Origin: Nitrospirota bacterium
GTDB lineage: Bacteria > Nitrospirota > Nitrospiria > JACQBW01
DNA: 64,000 bases
NCBI GenBank assembly: GCA_016178585.1
Contig: JACOTA010000011.1
Span: 20,341 to 84,340, forward strand
Reading direction: 5' to 3'
Positions within the stretch are counted from its first letter, which is position 1. Each line of letters begins with the position of its first letter. A model generated the notes under the pieces. That model was not told the origin of the DNA. It saw nothing but the letters and a program-made list of their open reading frames with translations, and searched no databases. Shown here in pieces: positions 27,058 to 37,313 of this stretch. Both the position numbers and the translations under genes were made by a program.

Positions 27058-27773
27058 TTGTCTTTTCCCTTTCTCACTTCGAGGTTGAGTTCTTTCATAA
27101 TGGTTTGAATATCTTCCCAAACGGTTTTCTTTTCCACCGGGTTTCTTAATAAATAAGCCGGATGGTAGGTTGGCATCACCTTGATACCGTGATATCCATG
27201 AAATTTCCCCCGCAATTTTGAGATTTTTTCTTCCGTATTTAAAAGAGTCTGAGTGGCAAAAGTTCCCAGGGTACAGATGACTTTCGGTTTCAACGCGTAT
27301 AGCTGGGCAACCAAAAAAGGGGAACAAGCGCTGATTTCATCCGGTTCGGGATTACGATTTTTTGGAGGCCGGCATTTGACGATATTGGCAATGTAAACAT
27401 CTTCCCGCCTTAACCCCATGGCTTCAATCATTTTAGTCAGGAGCTGACCCGCTCTTCCCACAAACGGTTTCCCCTGAAGGTCTTCCTCTTCGCCGGGGCC
27501 CTCCCCGACGAAGACCAGATCGGGATGAGGGTTGCCGGTTCCAAACACAATTTGGGTTCGGGTCGAATGAAGCTTGCACCGTCGACAATCACCCAGCCAA
27601 TTCCTAACTTCTTCAAGAGTTTCACAGATCGTTTTTTCGGAGTGGACAGGAGGGGGAGTCGGAAGGGCCGGGACTTCTTCAATCCCCGTTTCCTGAGCAT
27701 AGCGGAGATGATCTTCAACCGATTTCAGGATCGATAAATATTCTTCTTGCAGGTTTTTGGGCGGTTTTTTCAT
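27054..27773 (-). CDS. uracil-DNA glycosylase, family 4
   Basis: 239 aa (…GTGNPHPDLVFVGEGPGEEEDLQGKPFVGRAGQLL…HPAYLLRNP) with an upstream Cys cluster (CRRCKLH) typical of family-4 UDGs. Confidence 0.88.
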   Translation of the reverse strand: MKKPPKNLQEEYLSILKSVEDHLRYAQETGIEEVPALPTPPPVHSEKTICETLEEVRNWLGDCRRCKLHSTRTQIVFGTGNPHPDLVFVGEGPGEEEDLQGKPFVGRAGQLLTKMIEAMGLRREDVYIANIVKCRPPKNRNPEPDEISACSPFLVAQLYALKPKVICTLGTFATQTLLNTEEKISKLRGKFHGYHGIKVMPTYHPAYLLRNPVEKKTVWEDIQTIMKELNLEVRKGKDK

Positions 27774-28234
27774 ACAGTCTCTGTTAAAAGATAGCGGTAA
27801 CTGTTTCCTCTTGCCGTGAAATCCAGTTTTCTTTTATCTTTCCCTTCCACGGAAAATTCAATTTCGATTCGATCTGCAGGAAGAATATTTTTTGCCTTTT
27901 CAGGCCATTCGATGACCAAAACGGTCCGGGTTTCTTCCTGTTCAAACAAACCGAGCGTTCGTATTTCCTGCGAGTCCTCCAGGCGATAGAGATCGACGTG
28001 GGCCAACGGAAATTTCCCGGAGTAATCCGCCCTCAAAATAAAAGTGGGACTGGAGATTTTTTCGGGAACGATTCCGAGAGCCATCCCGATTCCTTTGACA
28101 AAGGAGGTTTTTCCGGCTCCAAGAGGCCCGGACAGGGTGATGACCTCATTCCCCTTAAATTTTTCCCCAAAGTGTCTCCCGGCCGAGACCGTTTCCTCCT
28201 GGCCGTTCGTTTCTATGAAAAACCGGGCGCTCAA
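27770..28234 (-). CDS. tsaE: tRNA threonylcarbamoyladenosine biosynthesis protein TsaE
   Basis: 154 aa with a Walker A LSGPLGAGKTSFVKG and the YjeE family pattern. Confidence 0.85.
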   Translation of the reverse strand: MSARFFIETNGQEETVSAGRHFGEKFKGNEVITLSGPLGAGKTSFVKGIGMALGIVPEKISSPTFILRADYSGKFPLAHVDLYRLEDSQEIRTLGLFEQEETRTVLVIEWPEKAKNILPADRIEIEFSVEGKDKRKLDFTARGNSYRYLLTETV

Positions 28235-28842
28235 GGAACCGATTCAATCGCTTCGGCTAAATTGCTTAATAAATCAAAACCCTCTGAAACCGCTTCGGGC
28301 AGGGTATCTTTAACGCCATCGTAAGGCTTGCTGATAATAATGGCATCCGGACCACATTGAATTGCGGAATACTTTTCAAGTTGAGGAAGCGCTTTGAGGA
28401 GCGTCTCATTCTTAAAAAATATTTGAGTTCGCTCCTGGTCATTACTCCGGACTTCAAAGCGGGGGTCGAGATCCGGAATGACCTTCCCGGCATTTTTTTC
28501 GATCCGGTTGTTCTGAACGGGTCTGAAAAAATCTTCTTTTTTTAGAAAAAAAGAAAATGGCGCTCTCGTTTCAGCGGAACTGGTAAAGTAGATGACGCTG
28601 GTCTGTTTCCCTTCCGCGGTATGGAAAAAGGCGGAAATTTTCCGGTTCCGGAATTTTCCCTCAAAAGATGGGAACGATAAAATATTTTTCCGGATTGCCT
28701 TTCCTTCCATTCCCTTGAATCGGGAAGTCAATCTTTGAAGATTATTGAAAATTTTACTCCGGCTTCGGTAGGTATGGGTAAACATGCTGAGCGCCAGAGC
28801 CACCATCAAAATGCTGAATAAAACAGAGAGTTGAAAAATCAT
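28231..28842 (-). CDS. hypothetical membrane-anchored protein
   Basis: 203 aa with an N-terminal TM and no recognisable motifs. It sits in an operon between nnr and tsaE with 4-nt overlaps. Confidence 0.5.
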   Translation of the reverse strand: MIFQLSVLFSILMVALALSMFTHTYRSRSKIFNNLQRLTSRFKGMEGKAIRKNILSFPSFEGKFRNRKISAFFHTAEGKQTSVIYFTSSAETRAPFSFFLKKEDFFRPVQNNRIEKNAGKVIPDLDPRFEVRSNDQERTQIFFKNETLLKALPQLEKYSAIQCGPDAIIISKPYDGVKDTLPEAVSEGFDLLSNLAEAIESVP

Positions 28843-30398
28843 AATGGGTTTTTTCCTGTCGTTAGGTGTTGTACGGCCAATGGAATTTTTTCTATCATAT
28901 CACTGGCCATTAAACTGATCTCCCCCTTTTCTTCAAGAGCCAGATCGCCTGATAACCCGTGTAAATAGACGCCGATTTGAGCGGCTTCCGGAAAAGGGAT
29001 ACCCTGCGCGCAAAAACCCGCAATCATTCCTGTTAACACGTCTCCTGTTCCCGCTGTGGCCATTCCCGGATTGCCGGTCGGGTTGATCCAAACCGAATGA
29101 TTCGGGTCCGCAATGAGACTATAGGCTCCTTTTAAAAGGATCGTACATCCATATTGGCTGGCGGTTTCGGACAAAAGGGCTACTCTTTCTTTTTGAACCG
29201 CCCTGGCGTCCAATCCCAGAAATTTTCCAAATTCTCCCGGATGAGGGGTCATCAGAACCGGGACCCGGATCTTTTTCAACAGCCCTTTTTCTTCCGTCAG
29301 AAGAGTGATCCCATCGGCATCAAGAATGATCGGGCAGGTGATCTGCGGGAGGAGGCGTTTGATTAATTCCCGGGTTTCAGGGTGGGTAGAGAGTCCAGGT
29401 CCGATGGCAACGGCATTTTTGTTTTTGGCAAACGATAAGAGGGGTTTTTCCGCTGCGAGACTCAGGGTTCCTTCGGCTGTTTCCGGGAGCGGAAGCGTCA
29501 TGGCCTCAGGGATAAACGAGTCAGGAATATCCAGTCGTTCAGGGAGGGCCCAGGTGACCAAACCAGCCCCGGAACGCAGAGCGGCTTTACAACAAAGAGC
29601 GCCGGCGCCCCGCTTCCCTCGTGAACCTGCAATCACCAGGAGATGACCGAAAATGCCCTTATGGGAATCCTGAGGCCTTTTCCTGGGGAAAATTTTTTGA
29701 ATGAAGGGACGCTCCAGGATCTCTGTTTTAAAAGATTCTTTTTCAATCAGAGTCGATGGGATGCCAATTTCTTCGACATACAATTTTCCGCGAAAAGAAG
29801 CCCCGGGAAATAAAAAATGGCCCTTCTTGGGAAGGCCATAAGTCGAGGTCAGATCGGCCTTCACAGCCCCGCCCCATAGCGCTCCAGTATCTGCCGAGAC
29901 GCCGGAAGGAATATCAAGCGCCACCACCTTTTTCCCTGAGGCGTTTATTTTTTGAATCGTTTCGAGAATTTTCACCTCCATGGGCCGGTTAAGCCCGGTT
30001 CCAAATATGGCATCGACCAGGATATCGGAATTCTGAATGAGGGAATCAAGGGCGCTCGGGCTGCCCTTTCCATCAAAAATCCGTCCGCCGATTTTTTTGA
30101 AGATATCGTAATTAACCTTCGCCTCTTTTTTTAAAGAGAGATCTCCTGAAACCAGGTACACCGCAGGGTTTGATCCGGTCTGAAGGAGATGCCGGCCCAA
30201 GACTAATCCGTCTCCACCGTTGTTGCCGGCGCCTGCGAAAATCAAGATGGATTTATCCTTTAGAGAGCCAAAGAGGGAGTTTAACCGGGAAAAGGTTTTC
30301 TGACCGGCGTTTTCCATGAGCAAAAGGGCCGGGATCCCGTATTCCTGAATGGTCAACTGATCCAGCCTTTGCATTTCTCCGGAGCTAACGACCTTCAA
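28839..30398 (-). CDS. nnr: bifunctional NAD(P)H-hydrate repair enzyme Nnr (epimerase + ADP-dependent dehydratase)
   Basis: 519 aa with an N-terminal YjeF-N domain (GAGNNGGDGLVLGRHL) and a C-terminal carbohydrate-kinase-like domain (…GTGDVLTGMIAG…). Confidence 0.88.
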   Translation of the reverse strand: MKVVSSGEMQRLDQLTIQEYGIPALLLMENAGQKTFSRLNSLFGSLKDKSILIFAGAGNNGGDGLVLGRHLLQTGSNPAVYLVSGDLSLKKEAKVNYDIFKKIGGRIFDGKGSPSALDSLIQNSDILVDAIFGTGLNRPMEVKILETIQKINASGKKVVALDIPSGVSADTGALWGGAVKADLTSTYGLPKKGHFLFPGASFRGKLYVEEIGIPSTLIEKESFKTEILERPFIQKIFPRKRPQDSHKGIFGHLLVIAGSRGKRGAGALCCKAALRSGAGLVTWALPERLDIPDSFIPEAMTLPLPETAEGTLSLAAEKPLLSFAKNKNAVAIGPGLSTHPETRELIKRLLPQITCPIILDADGITLLTEEKGLLKKIRVPVLMTPHPGEFGKFLGLDARAVQKERVALLSETASQYGCTILLKGAYSLIADPNHSVWINPTGNPGMATAGTGDVLTGMIAGFCAQGIPFPEAAQIGVYLHGLSGDLALEEKGEISLMASDMIEKIPLAVQHLTTGKNPL

Positions 30399-30765
30399 GA
30401 ATAACCTGTCCTAACGAATAATCGGCGTCATGGGTGATGGAAACATGAATCGCTTCCACTTTTTTTTCCTCCAGGATTTCTTTAATCCTTCCAAAAACAC
30501 GCACCATTGGCTGACCGCCGGGGAGATGATCGACTTCCACATCTTTCCATTTTATTCCGGCCCGCCAGCCGGTCCCCATGGCCTTAAACATCGCCTCTTT
30601 GACAGCAAACCGTCCCCCCAGGAATGGGTGCGGATCTTTATGCCGAAAACAGTAGTCCTGCTCTCCAGGCGTGTAGACCCGGTTGAGGAACCGTTTTTCC
30701 CATTTTTCAATTGCCTCTCTGATCCGGTAAGTTTTAACGATATCGATTCCAATTCCTATAAGCAT
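30385..30765 (-). CDS. acpS: holo-[acyl-carrier-protein] synthase
   Basis: 126 aa (MLIGIGIDIVKTYRI…FAVKEAMFKAMG…). Confidence 0.88.
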   Translation of the reverse strand: MLIGIGIDIVKTYRIREAIEKWEKRFLNRVYTPGEQDYCFRHKDPHPFLGGRFAVKEAMFKAMGTGWRAGIKWKDVEVDHLPGGQPMVRVFGRIKEILEEKKVEAIHVSITHDADYSLGQVILEGR

Positions 30766-30773
30766 CTTTTTAA

Positions 30774-31529
30774 TTAAGCTTTCTCATAAGGGCTGACCCG
30801 TTTCTTCATTTCGCTGACCGCCTGCTGTAAACCGACCAGGACCGCTCTTGAAATGATACTATGTCCTATATTAAATTCCTCGATTTCTAGCATTTTTGCC
30901 AGCGGGGCGATATTTCGATAGTCTAATCCATGGCCGGCATTGATCCCTAAACCCAGCTTCTGCGCCATACTGAGGATTTGGGAAATTTTCTTAAGTTCTG
31001 CTTCTTTTTCAGCCGGTTTTTTTGCTTTGGCAAATTGTCCGGTGTGAACCTCAATGAGATCGGTATTTATTTTGTGCGCCATTTTTAACTGTTCAAGGTC
31101 AGGATCAATAAAGAGACTGACTCTGATATTGCTGTCGTGAAGGAGGTCAATGGCATTTTTCAAAGAAATCTTGTGAATCAAAACATCCAGCCCCCCTTCT
31201 GTCGTAAGTTCCTTTCGTTTTTCCGGAACAAGCGTCACGAGATCAGGCTGTATCGAGACAGCGAATTTTACCATTTCTTCCGTTGCCGCCATTTCTAAAT
31301 CGAGAGGGACGTTAACTGTTTCCCGAAGACGGCGGACATCTTGATCCTGAATGTGCCGGCGGTCTTCGCGTAAATGCACCACAATACTGTCTGCTCCGCC
31401 AAGTTCTGACAAAATGGCAGCAGCCACGGGATCGGGTTCAGCGCCGCCGCGAGCCTGACGGAGTGTCGCAACATGGTCAATATTTACTCCTAGTTTAGCC
31501 ATTGATTCCTCATCAGAAGTCCAGGTCAT
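30774..31529 (-). CDS. pdxJ: pyridoxine 5'-phosphate synthase
   Basis: 251 aa (…AKLGVNIDHVATLRQARGG…EPDPV…) with PdxJ signature motifs. Confidence 0.9.
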   Translation of the reverse strand: MTWTSDEESMAKLGVNIDHVATLRQARGGAEPDPVAAAILSELGGADSIVVHLREDRRHIQDQDVRRLRETVNVPLDLEMAATEEMVKFAVSIQPDLVTLVPEKRKELTTEGGLDVLIHKISLKNAIDLLHDSNIRVSLFIDPDLEQLKMAHKINTDLIEVHTGQFAKAKKPAEKEAELKKISQILSMAQKLGLGINAGHGLDYRNIAPLAKMLEIEEFNIGHSIISRAVLVGLQQAVSEMKKRVSPYEKA

Positions 31530-31574
31530 TTATTCCCCTGATTATGACAAAAAGATCACAGGATGGCAAGGCTG

Positions 31575-32618
31575 TTAGGGAATAAGGATTTTGTTCTTTA
31601 AATTGGAGGAAATGAGAATTTTCCCATTTTGATCGACGATCACTCCGCCAATGTGAGGGAGCTTTTCAATGAGCGCCATTCCTTTTTCCGGCCCCATAAT
31701 AAAAATACCGGTTGAAAGGGCGTCGGACATTGTTCCATCACCGGCAATGATTGAAACCGATTGACACCCCCGTGCGGGTTGCAGGGTTTTCGGATCCAAC
31801 AGATGGTGGTACCGGATGCCGTCTTTAATAAAAAAGCGTTCATAATCCCCGGAGGTCGAAATGGCCTGGTTAGATAAATCTATCGTTGCCAGAACTTTTC
31901 CGGGTTGGCGGGGATGTTTAATTCCCACGCGCCAGGGGAGCCCATTGGGTTTTATCCCAAAGACCTTCACGTCTCCCGCCATTGCGACCATTCCGGCCTC
32001 AATTCCATGACGTTTTAAAACTTTTTCGACCCGGTCGGCCGCATAGCCTTTTCCAATTCCTCCCGAGTCTATTTTCATTCCTTTATCTTTTAAAAACACG
32101 GAATGAATTTGAGGATTTAGAATGATTTTGTCCAAATTGACCAAAGGTCTGATTTGATTAAGTTCTTCCGGAGTGGGAACATGCTGTGACTCAGTGACTC
32201 CCCAAAGCTTGACCGCAGGCCCAATCGCCAGATTGAAGCCCCCTTCGGTCAGTCTGCCGGTCTCTAACCCTTTTTGAATAATGTCATACACTTCCGGGCT
32301 GACCGAAACCTCTTGAATTCCGGCCATCTGGTTGATTTTCGAAAATTCACTGGTTTCTTGATAAACACTCATCAGCTGTTCAAGCCGTTTAATTTCCGCA
32401 AACCCCGCAGTCATCGCCTCTTCAGCCTTTTTCTCTGAAGAAGAAACGACGGTAAGCTCAACAATCGTTCCCATCTGGTACCGGCTTCTGTCAAAAATTT
32501 TCAGCCGGGGTGTGCAGGAGGAGGAGAACAGCGCCAAACAGATGAGGGAAGCGATCCATTGAAGAAGAATCCGCTTCATGGCGTCGGGGGCAGAGTTATG
32601 ATGGTGATTGAGACGCAT
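31575..32618 (-). CDS. apbE: FAD:protein FMN transferase (ApbE family)
   Basis: 347 aa with a lipoprotein-like N-terminus and the ApbE motifs (…DSGGIGKGYAADR…). Confidence 0.85.
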   Translation of the reverse strand: MRLNHHHNSAPDAMKRILLQWIASLICLALFSSSCTPRLKIFDRSRYQMGTIVELTVVSSSEKKAEEAMTAGFAEIKRLEQLMSVYQETSEFSKINQMAGIQEVSVSPEVYDIIQKGLETGRLTEGGFNLAIGPAVKLWGVTESQHVPTPEELNQIRPLVNLDKIILNPQIHSVFLKDKGMKIDSGGIGKGYAADRVEKVLKRHGIEAGMVAMAGDVKVFGIKPNGLPWRVGIKHPRQPGKVLATIDLSNQAISTSGDYERFFIKDGIRYHHLLDPKTLQPARGCQSVSIIAGDGTMSDALSTGIFIMGPEKGMALIEKLPHIGGVIVDQNGKILISSNLKNKILIP

Positions 32619-32735
32619 AGGTATTTATGATATAAATAAAAACTCGGAAAAATTTTTTTAGAAAACGGCCTGATTTAAAATGAAATATACCATAAAAAAA
32701 CATGAAGGCGCCAATCCGTTTTTAATTGATTACCA

Positions 32736-33230
32736 ATGTCTGTTTATCAGGAACAGGGAGTTTTTATGAAACTCATTTTAAAATTTCTTCACCTTTCTTC
32801 GTTAACGGTATGGTTTGGAGGCGTGGTTTTCTTATCCTTTTTTGTCGCCCCGATCATGTTTAGAACTTTTCCCAGAGACCACGCGGGGGATGTCATGGCG
32901 GCGATTTTTCCGTGGTTTTACATGATGGGTTATATTGCCGGATTCACCGCGTTTTTTACCTTAATTCTTTTATATAAAAAAAGAGCCCGGTTTCGTTCCT
33001 TTTTAATTTTGGTCATGCTTTTGGCCACTTTGTATGGCGGGTTGGCGGCAGGGAAAAAGGCCGATCATTTGAGACAGGAAATCAGGCATGAACAGGATAG
33101 CAGCCGGTTGAAGGTTCTGAGGGATAATTTCCATATCCAACATCGCTTGTCGATGATTTCAAATATGGTAGTATTGATTTTAATACCGGCTGTTCTTCTG
33201 TTAACCGCCAGAAATCTGTCGGAGTCGTAA
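32736..33230 (+). CDS. DUF4149-like integral membrane protein
   Basis: 164 aa with four TMs (…LHLSSLTVWFGGVVFLSFFVAPIMF…). Confidence 0.5.
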   Translation: MSVYQEQGVFMKLILKFLHLSSLTVWFGGVVFLSFFVAPIMFRTFPRDHAGDVMAAIFPWFYMMGYIAGFTAFFTLILLYKKRARFRSFLILVMLLATLYGGLAAGKKADHLRQEIRHEQDSSRLKVLRDNFHIQHRLSMISNMVVLILIPAVLLLTARNLSES

Positions 33231-33257
33231 ACCCGCGTGAGATTAAACAAAGGATGA

Positions 33258-34469
33258 ATGAATAATTTTATTCTGCACAATCCGACCAAAATTGTATTTG
33301 GGGTCGGGGAAATTGAAAAAGTTGGTCTGGAAGCAAGGCGCCTGGGGAGGCGGGCTTTTATTACCACCGGTAAAACCGCTGTTCATCGTTTTGGAATCCT
33401 GGAACGTGTGGTTAAAACGTTGAAAACTTCCGGTATCGAGTCGGTGGTTTATGATCAAATCGAACCCAACCCGCGAACAAAATCCATTGATGAAGGGGGA
33501 AAACTTGCCAAAAAAAATCAGTGTGATTTTGTCATTGGCCTGGGGGGCGGGTCCTCCATGGATGCGTCCAAGGGGATTGCCGCAATGGCGGTTTTGGAGG
33601 GCTCCATTTGGAACTATATCAAAAGCGGTCCAGGGGGTCATCGGAAAATTACGGGGGCGCTGCCGGTGATGACCATTCCCACTTTCGCGGGAAGTGGATC
33701 GGAAGCGAACTCGTATGGTGTTGTAACCCATTGGGAACTGCGTCAAAAAGCTGTTTTTGCCGGGGAATGCCTGTTTCCGAAGGTCGCAGTTGTCGATCCC
33801 TCCCTGACGCTGACCGTTCCTCCCGCTTCAACGGGGGAAGGGGGGATCGACATGCTCTGTCATCTTTTAGAAAGCTATTTTACAGGGAATGATTCCTCTC
33901 CCGTTCAAGACCGGCTCACCGAAGGCCTTGTTGCGATTGTGGTTGAAAATTTAGGAAAAGTCATTCAAAACCCAAACGATCTGGAAGCCCGTACAGCCCT
34001 CTCCTGGACCAGTACGCTCGCACTTTCGGGTTTTATTGATGCGGGAAGGGCCGGAGGATTCCCGATTCATTGGCTTGAGCATTCGTTGAGCGCCCATTAC
34101 GATATCCCCCATGGCCGGGGTTTGGCGATTCTGCTTCCGCGGGTTGTGGCGTATACCCTGGAGGCCAGGCCCGGTCGGTATGCCCAATTGGCGAAACGCG
34201 TTTTTGGCCCCCATGTTGTCGGAACCGGAAGGTCCAATCTCGAAGCCGCCTATATTTTTCATCAGGAGTTAATTAAATGGATGGCGGAAGTTAAAATGTA
34301 TTCCTCCCTCAGGGAGGTGGGTATTGATGCCGCGTTATTTGACCGAATGGCCGATGACGTCCTTTATCTCTACGGAAAGGGACAGGACTTTTTGGAGAAC
34401 CCCCGCAGGATCACTAAAGAGGGGATTTTGGAGATTTTCAATAAATCGCTGGACGTTCACGGGTCTTGA
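33258..34469 (+). CDS. iron-containing alcohol dehydrogenase family protein
   Basis: 403 aa (…DFVIGLGGGSSMDASKGIA…, metal-binding His in the C-terminal half) with the Fe-ADH fold. Confidence 0.85.
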   Translation: MNNFILHNPTKIVFGVGEIEKVGLEARRLGRRAFITTGKTAVHRFGILERVVKTLKTSGIESVVYDQIEPNPRTKSIDEGGKLAKKNQCDFVIGLGGGSSMDASKGIAAMAVLEGSIWNYIKSGPGGHRKITGALPVMTIPTFAGSGSEANSYGVVTHWELRQKAVFAGECLFPKVAVVDPSLTLTVPPASTGEGGIDMLCHLLESYFTGNDSSPVQDRLTEGLVAIVVENLGKVIQNPNDLEARTALSWTSTLALSGFIDAGRAGGFPIHWLEHSLSAHYDIPHGRGLAILLPRVVAYTLEARPGRYAQLAKRVFGPHVVGTGRSNLEAAYIFHQELIKWMAEVKMYSSLREVGIDAALFDRMADDVLYLYGKGQDFLENPRRITKEGILEIFNKSLDVHGS

Positions 34470-34961
34470 ATGTCCAGAAAACCCGAATATTTTCTTAAAT
34501 TCATTATCTGGGAACGTTTGGTAAAAGGCACGCTCCTTATCCTGATTTCTCTCAAGGGGTTTTCCCTTATAAATCGGGACCTCCATCAGGTTGTGGATCA
34601 ACTGATTGCCCAGTTTAACCTGGATGTTGACCGGTCTTTGATTGCAATTTCTTTAAAGAAAATCGGAATGATTAATGGACATTTTTTGTTCATGATTTCG
34701 ATTGCCGTTTTTTTATACGGCGTTTTGGATCTTGTAGAAGCCTATGGGCTTCATAAACGGAGAAAATGGGCGGAGTATCTGACGGTTTTTGCAACAGCCC
34801 TGTTTATTCCGTTTGAAATTTACGAGGTGCTGGAAAAAATCACAATCATCCGGACCGGAGCTCTGATCCTGAACTGCATGATCGTTGTTTTTCTCATTCG
34901 TCACAAAGAGTTGTTTCCCAATGCTCCGTTTCTGGGTAAGAAACGGACGGTTCAGGAATAA
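34470..34961 (+). CDS. DUF2127-like membrane protein
   Basis: 163 aa with four TMs. Its start abuts the stop of the ADH gene. Confidence 0.5.
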   Translation: MSRKPEYFLKFIIWERLVKGTLLILISLKGFSLINRDLHQVVDQLIAQFNLDVDRSLIAISLKKIGMINGHFLFMISIAVFLYGVLDLVEAYGLHKRRKWAEYLTVFATALFIPFEIYEVLEKITIIRTGALILNCMIVVFLIRHKELFPNAPFLGKKRTVQE

Positions 34962-34963
34962 TT

Positions 34964-36370
34964 TTACTTCCGTTGTGAAACACCGGAGGCGACCGCCGCT
35001 TTAAGAACCTCCTGTGCCACTTTTTCACCCGCCATTTTATTGAAAATACTTGGGATAATATAATCATTTGACAGCTGATCATCTTGAACGATCGACGCAA
35101 TTGCATAGGCGGCGGCCATTTTCATGGGTTCGTTAATTTCGCGTGCCCGGCAATCAAGGGCGCCCCTGAAAATACCGGGGAAACAAAGGACATTATTAAT
35201 TTGATTCGAATAGTCTGACCGGCCCGTGGCCATGATCCGAACATAGGGCTCGGCCTCTTCCGGCATGACCTCAGGAGCCGGATTTGCCAACGCGAACACA
35301 ATAGGGTCTCTTGCCATCCTTTTAATCCATTCCGCTTTCATTGCGCCAGGTCCCGAAAGTCCCAAAAACAGGTCGGCGCCCTTAAGGGCTTCAAACAAGC
35401 CTCCGGTCAGACGGCCGGAATTTGTATTTTCTGCCAGCCATGATTTCTGACGGTTCATGTTTTCTGTTCTCCCCCGGTAGATGATCCCCTGGCGGTCGCA
35501 CCCAATGATATCCCGGACACCCGCCGATAGTAACATTCTGGCGCAGGCTGTTCCCGCGGCGCCTGCTCCGTTGATTACGACCTTAATTCCCTTCATCGGC
35601 TTTTGAACGATTTTCAAGGCGTTCATCAATGCAGCCAGGACGACGACGGCTGTTCCGTGCTGGTCATCATGGAAAACGGGTATGTCCAGGGTTTCCCGAA
35701 GCCTCTCTTCAATTTCAAAACATCGGGGAGAAGAAATATCTTCTAGATTGATGCCCCCAAAAACGGGTGAAATGGCTTTCACGGTTTTAACAATCTCTTC
35801 CGGGTCCTGAGTCGCCAGACAGATCGGAAAAGCGTTGATCTCTCCGAACTCCTTAAAAAGCATGGCTTTACCTTCCATGACCGGTAGAGCGGCCTTCGGG
35901 CCGATATTCCCTAAACCGAGGACGGCGCTGCCGTCCGACACGATTGCCACGCTGTTTTTCTTAATCGTCAGATGATACACCTCTTCGGGGTTTTTGACGA
36001 TGGCCTCGCAAATCCGGGCAACGCCTGGCGTGTAAACTCTGGACAAATCCTCCCGGGTTTTTAAAGGGGTTTTGCAAACGATTTCAATTTTTCCACCCTG
36101 GTGAAGTAAAAAGGTCTGGTCGGAGACATTTAATAATCTGACCCCTTCAATGGTTTTTAACTTTTCAATGATTCCATCCCCATGGGTGGAATCCCTTATA
36201 TTGATCTTAATATCGCGGATTAACCGATTGGAGTAGGCCGAAACAATATCGACGGACCCGATGTCTCCGTCTAGTTGTCCAATGGCTGAAGTAATTTTTC
36301 CCAGCATACCGGGCTTGTTATGGATTTCAAGACGGAGGGTCAGGCTATAGCTGGGATTAATATGGGACAC
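34964..36370 (-). CDS. NAD(P)-dependent malic enzyme with N-terminal ACT domain
   Basis: An ACT-like domain (…LEIHNKPGMLGKITSAIGQLDGDIGSVDIV…) is followed by malic enzyme motifs (…VYTPGVARICEAI…, …ISDGSAVLGLGNIGP…, …GAGAAGTACARML…). The start is placed at the GTG at 36368-36370. The longer track ORF overlaps queG by about 130 nt. Confidence 0.8.
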   Translation of the reverse strand: MSHINPSYSLTLRLEIHNKPGMLGKITSAIGQLDGDIGSVDIVSAYSNRLIRDIKINIRDSTHGDGIIEKLKTIEGVRLLNVSDQTFLLHQGGKIEIVCKTPLKTREDLSRVYTPGVARICEAIVKNPEEVYHLTIKKNSVAIVSDGSAVLGLGNIGPKAALPVMEGKAMLFKEFGEINAFPICLATQDPEEIVKTVKAISPVFGGINLEDISSPRCFEIEERLRETLDIPVFHDDQHGTAVVVLAALMNALKIVQKPMKGIKVVINGAGAAGTACARMLLSAGVRDIIGCDRQGIIYRGRTENMNRQKSWLAENTNSGRLTGGLFEALKGADLFLGLSGPGAMKAEWIKRMARDPIVFALANPAPEVMPEEAEPYVRIMATGRSDYSNQINNVLCFPGIFRGALDCRAREINEPMKMAAAYAIASIVQDDQLSNDYIIPSIFNKMAGEKVAQEVLKAAVASGVSQRK

Positions 36371-37298
36371 TGGAGTGCTCCTTTGAGGATTCCTGATTTT
36401 CCCGCGCGATTTCGAGGTTTCTCGACAATCCCTGGTATTTGATCCGTTTAATCGGACTTTTCTTAAATCTGTCATTAAAATCATTTTCATGCAGACTTTG
36501 AACGGATAGCCTTTCTAAGGCCGGATTGACGTCGAGAAAGCCCGGTTCTTCGGTTACCTGGGGAGACGCATTCCACGGGCAAACGTCCTGGCATTCATCG
36601 CATCCATAAACCCATTCACCGATCCCTTTTTTAAGGTCCGGGGGAATCTCCCCTCTTTTTTCAATGGTGAGATAAGAAATGCATTTTGTCGAGTCGAGGG
36701 AATAAGGGGTTAGCGCGTTAGTGGGACAGGCCTGAATACAGAGTGAACAATTTCCGCATAGGTCAGCGCCGGGGTCATCATAATCTAAATTAACGTCTGC
36801 CAAAATTTCCCCCAAAAAGAGGTAAGAGCCGTGATCGGAAGAAATTAAATTAGTATTTTTTCCGATCCATCCCAACCCTGCTTTTTGCGCCCAGGGTTTC
36901 TCCATCACCGGACCTGTGTCCACATAATATTTAGCTTTTGCGGAGGGGAATAAAGAAAGAAAAAAGGCCGTCAGTTGCTTGAGCTTGTCCTCCATGAGGA
37001 CGTGGTAATCCTCTCCCCACGCATATCTTGAAAATTTAAGCCCTTGAATATTTTCTAACGATTCGGAAATGTAATAATTCATTCCGACCATCACAATGGA
37101 TCGAACATTGGGAAGAACAAGAGAAGGATTCTGGCGTTTTCCCCTGGTTCGTTCCATCCAAAGCATTTCACCGTGCCTTCCGTATTCAAGCCACTCGTCA
37201 AGAGCGCTCAACTGAGGAAAGGGCTCCGCCCTGGCGATCCCGATTTTAAAAAAACCTAGCTGGCGCGCCTTTTCTTTGATTTGCGAGGTTATAGACAT
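36357..37298 (-). CDS. queG: tRNA epoxyqueuosine(34) reductase QueG
   Basis: 313 aa with two 4Fe-4S ferredoxin motifs (CGNCSLCIQACP, CDECQDVCPWN) and a QueG N-terminal domain. Confidence 0.85.
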   Translation of the reverse strand: MSITSQIKEKARQLGFFKIGIARAEPFPQLSALDEWLEYGRHGEMLWMERTRGKRQNPSLVLPNVRSIVMVGMNYYISESLENIQGLKFSRYAWGEDYHVLMEDKLKQLTAFFLSLFPSAKAKYYVDTGPVMEKPWAQKAGLGWIGKNTNLISSDHGSYLFLGEILADVNLDYDDPGADLCGNCSLCIQACPTNALTPYSLDSTKCISYLTIEKRGEIPPDLKKGIGEWVYGCDECQDVCPWNASPQVTEEPGFLDVNPALERLSVQSLHENDFNDRFKKSPIKRIKYQGLSRNLEIARENQESSKEHSSVPY

Positions 37299-37313
37299 GT
37301 GGGACGTGTCGGA